NCBI GenBank assembly: GCA_964455095.1
Contig: CAYVUV010000028.1
Span: 9,012 to 73,011 of the forward strand
Origin: an uncultured Candidatus Binatia bacterium
GTDB lineage: Bacteria > Desulfobacterota > Binatia > HRBIN30 > CADEER01
DNA length: 64,000 nt
Reading direction: 5' to 3'
The position numbers were made by a program, and so were the translations under genes. A model generated the notes under the pieces. The model was not told the origin of the DNA, did not search any database, and was given only the letters and a program-made list of their open reading frames with translations. Positions 51,515 through 60,621 of this stretch are shown in pieces; position 1 is the first letter of the stretch; the number at the start of each line of letters is the position of its first letter.

Positions 51515-52951
51515 ATGGTTCGTATCGTCTGGATTGCCCTAGCGATTGCTATTGGCACCACGCCGGCGCCGGTGTGGGCCGAGAGCGCGTCCGGCGGCAG
51601 TCCCGCCGCGCCTCATCCGGTGCGCTGGATCGCCGTCGGCGGCGGCGCCGACCCGGTGTCGACGCAGGTGTCGCTGGAGCAAGACCTCGCCCTGGCGCAG
51701 CGAGTCCTGGGCCCGGACGGCGTCGTGCTGTTCGCCGGCGGCGCGCACGCGCAGGGCGTCCAGGTGCTGCGCAAGGAACCGGGCGGCGATTCGCTGCTGC
51801 TCGACCTCGGCGCGCTGCTGGACCCGCGCGATGGGCGCGAGTCGCGCTACCGCCTGCCGAAGCTCGCCACGGCCGCGCCGGCGACCCGGGACGGCGCAAT
51901 GGCGGCGCTGACGGACGCCCTCAGCGCCGGCACGGCTCCGCTGCTGCTCTACGTCGCCTCACACGGCGAGCCCGGCAACTCGGCACGCGAGAACAAGCTC
52001 AACCTGTGGGGCGGCGCGAACCTCACGGTGGCCGATCTGGCCGCGTTGCTCGATGGCGCGCCGGCCGCGCGGCCAGTGCGCGTCGTGATCACCGCGTGCT
52101 ATGCGGGCGGCTTCGCCGACCTCGCCTTCGCCGGCGCCGACCCGGACCGCGGCGCCGCGGCGGGTCAGCGCTGCGGGCTCTTCGCGGCGGAATGGGATCA
52201 GGAATCGAGCGGCTGCGACGCCAATCCCAACCGCCGCGAGCAAGAGGGCTACGGCATCCACTTTCTGCACGCCCTGCGCGGCGAGACGCGCGACGGCACG
52301 CCGCTGCCGCGCGCCGCGATCGACTTCGACGGCGACGGCGTGATCTCCCTGCTCGAGGCACACACGCGCGTGCGCATCGCCTCGGCGGCATTCGACGTGC
52401 CGACCTCGACGTCCGAGCGCTGGCTGCGCCAGGTGGCGCCGGACGGTGGCCGAGCGGTGCCGGTGGCACTGCCCGAAGAGGACGCGGTCATCGCGGCGCT
52501 GGGCGCACAGCTCGGGCTGAGCGACGCGGTCAGCGCGCGGGCGCGGGCCGAAGAGATCGAGCGCGGTCTCGACGACGCCGATGCGGCGCTGGCCGACGCG
52601 GAAGCGCGCGAGAGCGAGCGCTATGCGGCGCTGCGTATCGCCTTGCTCGAGCGCTGGCCGGTGCTCGACGACCCGTGGCATCCGGACTTCGCGCCGACGA
52701 TCGCCGCCAACCGCGATGCCATCCGTGCGGCGCTCGACACGGCGCCTGAAGCGCTCGCGTATCGCACCGCGCGCGACGCGGCGGACCAACTGGCCCTGCG
52801 CTTCGATGACCTGCGCACACGGCGCGCTCCGGTCGTGCGCCTGGTCCGCGCGTACGACACGCGATTGCTCGCCGGCCGTTTGCAGGCAGTGGGCGGTCCG
52901 GCGTGGGCGCAGTATCAGCGCCTGCTCGCCTGCGAACGCAGCGCGCCGTGA
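51515..52951 (+). CDS. Secreted caspase-fold (clan CD-like) protein with a canonical EF-hand loop
   Basis: The signal peptide is IALAIAIGTTPAPVWAES. The His-Gly dyad context is LLLYVASHGEPG and the Ala-Cys context is VRVVITACYAGGF, as in clan CD peptidases. DFDGDGVISLLE fits the 12-residue EF-hand loop at positions 1, 3, 5, 6, 8 and 12. Confidence 0.6.
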   Translation: MVRIVWIALAIAIGTTPAPVWAESASGGSPAAPHPVRWIAVGGGADPVSTQVSLEQDLALAQRVLGPDGVVLFAGGAHAQGVQVLRKEPGGDSLLLDLGALLDPRDGRESRYRLPKLATAAPATRDGAMAALTDALSAGTAPLLLYVASHGEPGNSARENKLNLWGGANLTVADLAALLDGAPAARPVRVVITACYAGGFADLAFAGADPDRGAAAGQRCGLFAAEWDQESSGCDANPNRREQEGYGIHFLHALRGETRDGTPLPRAAIDFDGDGVISLLEAHTRVRIASAAFDVPTSTSERWLRQVAPDGGRAVPVALPEEDAVIAALGAQLGLSDAVSARARAEEIERGLDDADAALADAEARESERYAALRIALLERWPVLDDPWHPDFAPTIAANRDAIRAALDTAPEALAYRTARDAADQLALRFDDLRTRRAPVVRLVRAYDTRLLAGRLQAVGGPAWAQYQRLLACERSAP

Positions 52952-53013
52952 GGCGGACCGTCCCGCCGCGATTCGGCTAGAATTCCTGTCCCGCCGGGGG
53001 CCTTGCCAAAGAA

Positions 53014-53156
53014 GGTGCCAGCGCACCAGAGAATCACGAAAGCTCGAAGGTACGAGAACACGACACTTAGATCTGTAGGGCCTGAAATGACTGAGTCTGT
53101 TTTTCGTGGTTTCACTCTTTCGTGGTTTCGTGATTCTCCGAATCATCCGTGGCACC
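53014..53156. repeat. AT-richer intergenic element with long-range inverted repeats and a 12-bp direct repeat
   Basis: GGTGCCA (53014-20) pairs with TGGCACC (53150-56). GAGAATCACGAAA (53029-41) pairs with TTTCGTGATTCTC (53126-38). TTTCGTGGTTTC occurs twice (53102-13 and 53118-29). Local composition is clearly less GC-rich than the flanks. Confidence 0.5.
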
Positions 53157-53277
53157 CCCTGAATTGGCGTTTCTGGGCAAAGCTCCCGGCGGGAGAGGAA
53201 GCAGAGACCGCACCGACTGCAAAGCCACTGGACGCCGCCGTGGCGGTGTGACAGTCCCTGGCGCAGGACGAATCTCC

Positions 53278-54609
53278 ATGCCCGAGCAACCCCCGGTCCA
53301 GTACGCGCAAAGCGTCGACCTGCACATCGCCTATCAAGTCGTCGGCGAGGGGCCGATCGACATCGTCGAAGTGCCGGGGATGCTGAACCACCTGGAGGTG
53401 ATGTGGGAGACGCCGGGGCTGGTGCGGTTCATCGGAAGGCTGGCGCGCCTGGGCCGCGTGATCTTGTTCGACAAGCGGGGCATGGGGCTCTCCGATCGCT
53501 TGGCACACGATGCGACGCCGACGATCGAAGAACGTGCCGACGACGTGCGCGCGGTCATGGACGCCGCCGGTTCGGCAAAGGCCGTGCTCATCGGTGTCGC
53601 CGACGGCGGAGTCATTGCGTTGCAGTACACCGCCATGTATCCCGAGCGCGTCCAAGCCCTGGTCCTACACGCGACCGGGCCGTGCGGCAGCCGCCGGCCG
53701 GACTTTCCCTACGGTCTCGATCCCGCCCTCACGGGGCGTCTGTTGGATCGTGTCGAGCGCGATTGGGGTACCGGCATCATGGGTCGTCTCTACGGCGATC
53801 GATCGCAGGCAGCCCGCGACTACTTCGCTCGCGTTGAACGGCGCGCGTGTCCGCCGCGCGCCGCAGCCGCCCTCATGCGCATGGGGTTCGATGTCGACCT
53901 ACGGCCCTTGCTGGTCTCCATTCGTGTCCCCACCGTGATCGTCCACCATCGCGACCATCCCGCCTGGCCGGTCGAAGGGGCGCGCTATCTCGCCGAGCAC
54001 ATTGCGGGCGCGCGGCTGATCGTCGAGGAGGCGCCGTTTTCGTTGCTGGGCGAATTCTGCGAGCGGCGCAGGGTCAGCGAGGCCGTCGAAGAGCTGCTCA
54101 CCGGTGCTCCGTCGATGCCCGGGCCGGAGCGCCTGCTGACCGTGCTGCTGTTCACCGACATCGTCGGCTCAACCGGCCGTGCCGCGGCGCTCGGCGATCG
54201 GGCCTGGCGCGACGTGCTCGACGACCACGACGGCGTCATTCGGCGCCTGGTCGAGGCGGCCGGCGGGCACTGCGTGAAGACGACCGGCGACGGCGTGTTG
54301 GCGCGTTTCGACGGCGCGGTGCGCGCCATTCGCTGCGCGCAGGCGATCGTCGCGGAGGTGAAACGGCTCGGGCTCGCCGTGCGCGCCGGCGTGCACGCCG
54401 GGGAGTGCGAACGGCTCGGCGACGACCTGGCCGGCATCGCCGTCCACGTCGGTGCCCGCGTCGCCGAGCTCGCCGGCGCCGGCGAAGTGCTCGTCAGCGG
54501 CACCGTACGCGACCTCGTGCTCGGCGCCGGCATCGAATTCGACGACCGCGGCCAGCACGTGCTGCGCGGCGTCCCGGGTACCTGGCCGGTGCTCGCCGTC
54601 GTGCGTTGA
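53278..54609 (+). CDS. Alpha/beta-hydrolase fold domain fused to a class III adenylate/guanylate cyclase domain
   Basis: The N-terminal part is VILFDKRGMGLSDR...IGVADGGVIA (hydrolase-like; the nucleophile position reads G-V-A-D-G-G rather than GxSxG). The C-terminal part is LTVLLFTDIVGSTGRAA...VKTTGDGVLARFDG...RAGVHAGECE, the class III cyclase motifs. I chose the start at MPEQPP (53278). Confidence 0.8.
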   Translation: MPEQPPVQYAQSVDLHIAYQVVGEGPIDIVEVPGMLNHLEVMWETPGLVRFIGRLARLGRVILFDKRGMGLSDRLAHDATPTIEERADDVRAVMDAAGSAKAVLIGVADGGVIALQYTAMYPERVQALVLHATGPCGSRRPDFPYGLDPALTGRLLDRVERDWGTGIMGRLYGDRSQAARDYFARVERRACPPRAAAALMRMGFDVDLRPLLVSIRVPTVIVHHRDHPAWPVEGARYLAEHIAGARLIVEEAPFSLLGEFCERRRVSEAVEELLTGAPSMPGPERLLTVLLFTDIVGSTGRAAALGDRAWRDVLDDHDGVIRRLVEAAGGHCVKTTGDGVLARFDGAVRAIRCAQAIVAEVKRLGLAVRAGVHAGECERLGDDLAGIAVHVGARVAELAGAGEVLVSGTVRDLVLGAGIEFDDRGQHVLRGVPGTWPVLAVVR

Positions 54610-54672
54610 GCAATCGGCTCAGCTGCCGTTAGCTGGGGCCGCGGGCGTCTCGGCAGCGGGCCCGTGAGCTGC

Positions 54673-55047
54673 CTATTCCGAGTCTTTCCCCGTTAGTAAG
54701 AACTCCAGCCGATCGCTCTCGACCGCCACGCGGCGCAGGACGAGCTGGAACTCCTCCGTCGTTACCCCGGCCTTCGGGACCCAGCCCTGGGCGCAAACGC
54801 GGCCGCGTGTGTCGATGCGGAAGCTGACTAGCTGGGCCGCTCGGTTGTGCCGCCAGATCCGAATCGCGAGGTCGTCAATGCCTCGCACAGACGCGGCGCC
54901 GGCGACAACGGCGCGAACCTCGAACGCCTCCTCGGTTTCGTGCACGCGGACACGGTGGAATCGGCCGTTCTCGAAGCGAACCACTACGTCCTCACCGTTG
55001 ATGTCTGCGTTCAACCCGCGGGCAAGAGTGCGCCATTCAGGTCCCAT
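54673..55047 (-). CDS. Small hypothetical protein (124 aa), last gene of the nuclease-helicase operon
   Basis: The ATG at 55047 is preceded by GAGGAGG at a spacing of 6 nt and overlaps the SNF2 gene's 3' end by 11 nt. The sequence is MGPEWRTLARGLNADINGEDVVVRFENGRFHRVRVHE... I recognise no motif. Confidence 0.6.
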   Translation of the reverse strand: MGPEWRTLARGLNADINGEDVVVRFENGRFHRVRVHETEEAFEVRAVVAGAASVRGIDDLAIRIWRHNRAAQLVSFRIDTRGRVCAQGWVPKAGVTTEEFQLVLRRVAVESDRLEFLLTGKDSE

Positions 55048-58000
55048 TGGTGCCCTCCTCTCGAAGATCGTCTTCGAACGCGTCGATGGTTGCGTCTCGC
55101 CCATCTTGGAAGTGCTCCCGCTCCATGTGGTCCGCCTGTTCGGTCACCCGGCGCACAAGCATGCCCACACGCGCCGCATCATGCTCGGTTGCGCCGAGCA
55201 GCACGTCGTCCTCGACGGTCAAGTCGTAGAGCCGCTCCGTCTTGGTCAAGATCGCGCCGATTCGGGACGGAAGACCTGCTGCGCGCGCCACGATCGGCTC
55301 AGGATCCTCTTTGGGGGTCGTGCGCCCGATCGGGCTCACGCAACGGACGACCGGGTGCCCGTGGTCGGAGCGAAGCACGAGCGTGAACGGCTGCACTCGC
55401 CCGCTCGGGAGGATCGCGGTCCCGAGGAGTGCCCCCTTCGGTGGGTGCGGAGTCCAGTCGATTGGCGGCGCGCCAAGATCAACTTTCATCAGGCGCTCGA
55501 ACCGCTCGCGCACCCGTGTCCCCAGCCCGTCGTCGACGGCGAGCGAGAGCTTGGACCCTTTGGTCGCCCCTTCTGGCACCGGGAAGGCGCTCTTGAGTGG
55601 ATCTCGAAAAGCCGCGACGCGCTTTCTGACTGCGACCATCTCGCGTTGCACGTCGATGCGGCGTTGTTCGGTCGCCGGTACGGTCAGGTCCTCATGCATC
55701 AATCGGAGGAACGTGTTCATCCGATTGAGTACGTTCTCGACCTGCAGCACCTCTACGGTGTCCTGCAGGTGCGGGAAGTAGACCTGGAGCCAGTCGTCTC
55801 CAGTCGGCTCGCGCTCGAGCGACGGGAGCCTGCGATCAGTCTGTGACCGCACGCGGTCGATGCGCCCGATGCGCTGCTCCATCGCGGACGGGGTCCACGA
55901 GATTCCGTAGTGGTGGATCGACGAGCAGAAGGTGTGAAGGTCCTCACCTTCCTGCAGCAGATCGGTCGTCACGAGCACAAACGGATACCCCGGCATGCGA
56001 AACTGACGAAGGAGGGTCTGGTTGACCTGTCCCGCCATTCCCCCCGTCGGCTGCTGCTGGCGCAGGAGCCGATCCACGTAGCGGGCCGACTCGCCGAGCG
56101 ATGCACTTCGCGCGTCTGGCATGTTCACGTCGAGAATCAGTTCGAAGTTCGTCGCAAGCTCCGTGACCTCATCGAGGGCGCCCCATGGTCGACCGCCTTC
56201 CGTCCGGAGCTGCGACTCGAGGAGGTCCAGATACTCGCGGAGAAGGCGGTCCCCACCGATTTCGATCTCGCGCTCCTCCGTATCGTCCGTCGTGCCGACC
56301 GATTTGGGGCGGCGCCCGAGTGAGAGGGTAGTTCGACCAGTCATCGCGGCGACATAGAGATCGATGAACGCGTGGCCGAGTCGCGCCGCGGTAGCGAGAA
56401 GCTCAGCGCGCAACGTTTGCTCACGGAAGTGGATGCGGAACTCCTCGATCGTGGATGGTGGCCAGGTCGCGGCCGGCCAGATGCGCGTTCGCAGGTCAGC
56501 TCGCTCAGGGCGTCGCAGCTCGGTGAAAAAAGTCGCTTGCTCGAGGGCGCTGGAAATCTCCGGGGGGGCTGTGCGGGAGGGCTCGCTGGATGTCTGGTAC
56601 CGCTCGTACCAGATCACACCGGCGCGATCCGCGTATTCCGAGCCCTTGCAATCGCGGAGCAGCTCGAGCGCTGCGGCCTGCGCCGCCTCCATGCGGCTCG
56701 CGCGCGTGACCACCTTGGCCTTTCGGCTCAGGTACTTCGCCGCATGTTCACGCACTCTGTCGTTCGCCTCTGCCAGCGGAAGACCAAGTGCAGTAGCGAG
56801 CGACTCGAGAACCTTGCCGGGCTCGCTGCCGAGCAGCTCCATCACATGGTTGTCGGCGAAGAAGGTCGAGTAGGCCCCGCTTCCCTTTATAAAGCGCCCC
56901 TGCACGTTCGCCCCGCTCAGGACGCCCTTCGGACCCTCCCCACGAAAGAACCAGGCGAAGAAGGTGTCGGTGCCACCGCGATCGTCTGGGTCGACATCCG
57001 TACTGATCACATCGTCCGGTGCAGCGACCGCTCCGCGCTGAGTCGGCTCGGCCTCGGCCTTCTCGCGACGATAGCGGGCGACGACTTCATCGAACGGCTC
57101 CTGCAATTCCGTCGGCAGGCGGCTGCGAAGGTAGGGAATGATCCAGTCGTCGTATCGCTCATCGAGCTTGCGCTTCAGCTCCTTTACCGACGCGACGCGC
57201 CGGACGAAGACCAACGATTTCCTGCCGGTCGTCCACGCCGACGCAAGCCCGTCGACGACGGCGTCCATCTTTGGGTGCGGCATCTCGCGCCCGAACTTGT
57301 GCCGGTAGCTTCTCGCCAGGCGGTTGAGATCGTGGACGTCGATTCCGTCACGCTCGCGTGGGACATCCGTTTGGTCCGCGTCGTCGAAGACGAGCTCGTC
57401 GTCGTTGCGTTTCAACTTGGCGGTTTCGAGGAAGCTCTCAAAGGAGGCGAGCATGCCGATCTGGAACGAGCGGTTGAACTGTTTGCCGCTGAGCAGCTCG
57501 CTCACCTTTTTCTGCACCAGCGCGACCAGGAGGCGCTGCCGATCGTCGGTTACCGTGATCGGCTCGTCGTACTGCCCCACGCCGCCAGCGCGCCACTCGC
57601 GGCGATACATGTTCTTGGTGTGCTCGCGCCCGCCGATCTGAATCGAGGTCACACGGCGAACCAGGAACTGGGCGGCGACTTGTTTCTTGCGTGCTTCGGG
57701 CACGTCGTCCGCACGCAGCTCGTCGAAGCCGGACGCGAGCCCGAAGAGGTCGAGCTGGTTCCAGATGTGCCGGTAGGTCTCCTCAAGCGGCGTGGCGGAG
57801 AGGAACAGCACACGCGTGGCGCGCGGACCGTAGTGGGGAAACAGGCGCGCGTTGGGGGCGTCAGCCGGAGCATGCCGGCCAAATGCCTCAGCGAGAACCT
57901 GGTTTCGCGCCGAGCCTGACGTCGCGAAGCCGTGCTTGAGATTGTGTGCTTCATCGACGATCACCAGATCGAAGGTCGGCAAGGCGCAGCAGAGGGCGCG

Positions 58001-58561
58001 CGCGAAATTCCTCTTGAAGACCTCCTTATTCCGCAGGTCGAACGCTTCGTCGGGGAGCCACGGCAGGTGCCGTTGGAGGCCATCGCGCACTTTCTTCCAG
58101 TCCTCTCCCGTTCTTCCGAGCGGAAGGCTGAAGCTGGACATGCGCAGGAAGAAGTCTCGGTTCGGGTCGAGACTCGTCTCGTGGACGAGAGCGAGGAGGT
58201 TGCCGCAGGAGACCAGGGGGCGCGCGGGACGGCCATCCAGCGAGCGCATGCGCAGGTCGTCGAACCGCACGTTGTGGGCGGCGAAGTTCGTCAGCTCCTT
58301 CTGCCACTTACGCTGGATGTTCTCGCGCGGCGCGATCACGAGGACACGAAACCCCGGGTCGAAGTGCCGGAAGAGCGCGAGGGCGCCCAGTGCCACATAT
58401 GTCTTGCCCATGCCGACCTCGTCGGCGAGATAGGCAAGCCGATGCTTGCGGAGGATGTTGTGGATCGCGACTGCGCCGCGGAGCTGCTCCTCGGCGCGAT
58501 GTCCCTCGCCGATGCGCTTGCCAAAGTCGAGGAGCGCTCGCGCCGCTTCGAGGTCGATCAT
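55037..58561 (-). CDS. SNF2-family (SF2) ATPase/translocase with about 330-aa C-terminal extension
   Basis: Motif I is LADEVGMGKTYVALG, motif II is DLVIVDEAHNLKH, and the C-lobe is VLVTTDLLQEGEDLH...QRIGRIDRVRS. The ATG at 58561 overlaps the PLD gene stop (ATGA). The ORF-track start at 58618 is a less likely alternative. Confidence 0.9.
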   Translation of the reverse strand: MIDLEAARALLDFGKRIGEGHRAEEQLRGAVAIHNILRKHRLAYLADEVGMGKTYVALGALALFRHFDPGFRVLVIAPRENIQRKWQKELTNFAAHNVRFDDLRMRSLDGRPARPLVSCGNLLALVHETSLDPNRDFFLRMSSFSLPLGRTGEDWKKVRDGLQRHLPWLPDEAFDLRNKEVFKRNFARALCCALPTFDLVIVDEAHNLKHGFATSGSARNQVLAEAFGRHAPADAPNARLFPHYGPRATRVLFLSATPLEETYRHIWNQLDLFGLASGFDELRADDVPEARKKQVAAQFLVRRVTSIQIGGREHTKNMYRREWRAGGVGQYDEPITVTDDRQRLLVALVQKKVSELLSGKQFNRSFQIGMLASFESFLETAKLKRNDDELVFDDADQTDVPRERDGIDVHDLNRLARSYRHKFGREMPHPKMDAVVDGLASAWTTGRKSLVFVRRVASVKELKRKLDERYDDWIIPYLRSRLPTELQEPFDEVVARYRREKAEAEPTQRGAVAAPDDVISTDVDPDDRGGTDTFFAWFFRGEGPKGVLSGANVQGRFIKGSGAYSTFFADNHVMELLGSEPGKVLESLATALGLPLAEANDRVREHAAKYLSRKAKVVTRASRMEAAQAAALELLRDCKGSEYADRAGVIWYERYQTSSEPSRTAPPEISSALEQATFFTELRRPERADLRTRIWPAATWPPSTIEEFRIHFREQTLRAELLATAARLGHAFIDLYVAAMTGRTTLSLGRRPKSVGTTDDTEEREIEIGGDRLLREYLDLLESQLRTEGGRPWGALDEVTELATNFELILDVNMPDARSASLGESARYVDRLLRQQQPTGGMAGQVNQTLLRQFRMPGYPFVLVTTDLLQEGEDLHTFCSSIHHYGISWTPSAMEQRIGRIDRVRSQTDRRLPSLEREPTGDDWLQVYFPHLQDTVEVLQVENVLNRMNTFLRLMHEDLTVPATEQRRIDVQREMVAVRKRVAAFRDPLKSAFPVPEGATKGSKLSLAVDDGLGTRVRERFERLMKVDLGAPPIDWTPHPPKGALLGTAILPSGRVQPFTLVLRSDHGHPVVRCVSPIGRTTPKEDPEPIVARAAGLPSRIGAILTKTERLYDLTVEDDVLLGATEHDAARVGMLVRRVTEQADHMEREHFQDGRDATIDAFEDDLREEGTNGT

Positions 58562-60621
58562 GACTGCTGCCCCTCCGACAACGCTTCCGCGCGACTCAGG
58601 AACAACCGTTCGAACCACTCGAGGAACTCCGGCATATCTGGTGAGCCCGCGGCGATTCCAGCGCGAAGGGCGGCGGCGTCGCTGAGACGCGCCTCGATCT
58701 CTTTCATATCGTCGCGATGCTCGGCAAAGTAGTCGGTGAACGACCGGCTCAGCTCGCGCAGCAGCTGTTTCGCGCAGAGCGTGACCACGTACTGCTCAAC
58801 GCGATCCCCAGTTCCCGCGCCGGCGTCTTTCAAGACGCGATCGAGCAAGGTCCCGAGCGAATCGTACTTCCTGCCGAAGAGGCGGTAGTCGGCTTCACGG
58901 GGCTTACCCTCATTGAGTGCAGCGCGGACGCGTTCGTCGAGACTGTCGAACGCGAGGAACACCCCGGCGAAGAGGTCGAACAGCGTCCTCTCGACCGGAA
59001 GGGGGGCCAATCTCGCAATCAGCGGATCGTCATCACCAGCGATCCGCGCGTGGGCCTCGATGAAGGCGGCGCGCTGTTCGACCGTGAGGAGCGCCCAATA
59101 GCGGAGGATGTCAGCGGCAGTCAGGTCGAGAAGGAGCGAGGGGCGGTGCGACATGCCCTCCTCCTGGACGAGTAGAAGGCCGGGCTCGACACCCTCGCCC
59201 GAAACTTCGAGAAGCGACGTCGAGACCAACACTTGTTCGAGCTGGCCGCTCTGATCGGCGTCGAGCTTCACCCAGGTGCGCGCCGGGAGGCCGACAAGCT
59301 CCAGCACACTCACGCCTCCGTGCTGTACCGACAGCGCGGGGGATTCGGTGGCGTCGCCCCAGAAGGCGCTAGCCTCATGCGTGTTCCAGCGGAATCGGAG
59401 AATGAGTCTGGTGCCTCCGCTCGCCGCTGTGCCTTCGTCTTCCTCGCGTGGGGCGAATGCGAGTGGCCGTTTCGTTTCGGTGGTCAGCCACCAGTCAGGA
59501 CGCGAGCCAGTGGTGACCTCGACGAGAAACCCGGTCTCCCAGTTGCCGCCCCGTCCTGCTAGGCGACACCCAGCGGCCGTTAGGTTGGTCGAGCCGACGT
59601 AGAGGATCTCGCGCCCGCCCCTCTTCGGCTCGAAGAACCGATAGACTTTCGCGTGGACGCCCCGAGGTCTGGCGTCCTCGGTTTTTCCAAGTCGGAGGAG
59701 ATCGCCGGGGAGCGCTGCCCAGGACACGTCGGGGCAGTTGCGTACCCAGGCAAACAGAGCCTCGGAGCACAGTGCCTCGCCGCGCTCGCTTCGAGGAAGG
59801 AACACTCGTGTCTCACGAGGGTCGAAGCGCGAGAGCAGCTCCTCGAGCGGAGCGGAGACACCGCCGGTGTCGAAATAGGGAGAGATTACCTCGAGGCAGA
59901 AGCCACGCAGCGACTTCCCTGCGGCGGTCTCGACGAAGTCCGGCAGCGATGCCTCGCCGTCATGGAAGTGGGGTAGCAGCCGACCACCAATGGAGCGGTG
60001 CTTGTGCTGGGTTGTGCCGCGCAGGAACGCACGGATATCGCTCAGCGCGGCGTGTTCCGCCCGCAACTCGTCGTTCGCGCGCCGCCCTTCGGCGGCGCGG
60101 ACGAGTGCGTCGAGGTATCCGATGAGCGCATCGCGGAGATTGGTGAGTTCTCCATCGCCGATCTCCTCGACATGTGCGACCTCGACGTTCTCCCACCAGC
60201 CCGCGCGCGTGAGGTTCGCGGACAAGCATCCGAAGAGGAGGGCGCGAGCGTGATGTCCGTCGTCGTCCGGCTCGGTGCTCTCGACGAGCGCGAGGACGTT
60301 CTTCGGATGGAAAATGCCGGTCGCGTGCCAGATCGGAATCCGCCGGATGTCGAGCTTCGCCGCGCCTCCGTCGGCCACGAGACCGTGTTGGTCGTAGTAG
60401 ACCGCGATCGACCCCGGCAGGGATTTCAATGCGTCCTCGAGCTGGACCAGCTTGATGGCTGGGGCATGGCTCAAGGGAATGTCGAAGAAGACGGGCAGTA
60501 CTTCGGTCTCGAAGAAGCTCGGTTCGAGGCGAAACGTCGTGAAGACTGCCGACACGAGCCGGCGATCCTTCATCCGCTCTAGGAAATGTTCCGATAGGAC
60601 GGCGCGAGGGATCTCGCTCAT
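58558..60621 (-). CDS. Phospholipase D-family (two HKD-like motifs) putative nuclease with about 300-aa C-terminal domain
   Basis: The first motif is IFHPKNVLALVE...GCLSANLTRAG and the second is GVHAKVYRFFE...LYVGSTNLTAAG (HxK...GSxN). The true start, MSEIPRAVL at 60621, overlaps the upstream stop (ATGA). The ORF-track 1050-aa version is an Arg-rich artefactual extension. Confidence 0.85.
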   Translation of the reverse strand: MSEIPRAVLSEHFLERMKDRRLVSAVFTTFRLEPSFFETEVLPVFFDIPLSHAPAIKLVQLEDALKSLPGSIAVYYDQHGLVADGGAAKLDIRRIPIWHATGIFHPKNVLALVESTEPDDDGHHARALLFGCLSANLTRAGWWENVEVAHVEEIGDGELTNLRDALIGYLDALVRAAEGRRANDELRAEHAALSDIRAFLRGTTQHKHRSIGGRLLPHFHDGEASLPDFVETAAGKSLRGFCLEVISPYFDTGGVSAPLEELLSRFDPRETRVFLPRSERGEALCSEALFAWVRNCPDVSWAALPGDLLRLGKTEDARPRGVHAKVYRFFEPKRGGREILYVGSTNLTAAGCRLAGRGGNWETGFLVEVTTGSRPDWWLTTETKRPLAFAPREEDEGTAASGGTRLILRFRWNTHEASAFWGDATESPALSVQHGGVSVLELVGLPARTWVKLDADQSGQLEQVLVSTSLLEVSGEGVEPGLLLVQEEGMSHRPSLLLDLTAADILRYWALLTVEQRAAFIEAHARIAGDDDPLIARLAPLPVERTLFDLFAGVFLAFDSLDERVRAALNEGKPREADYRLFGRKYDSLGTLLDRVLKDAGAGTGDRVEQYVVTLCAKQLLRELSRSFTDYFAEHRDDMKEIEARLSDAAALRAGIAAGSPDMPEFLEWFERLFLSRAEALSEGQQS

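Noticed and set aside
53150-53170. TGGCACC at 53150 as a second sigma-54 -24 element upstream of the hydrolase-cyclase gene.
   Set aside because: The position 10 nt after the GG reads AT rather than GC, so there is no -12 element. The heptamer is better explained as the right arm of the GGTGCCA/TGGCACC inverted repeat.
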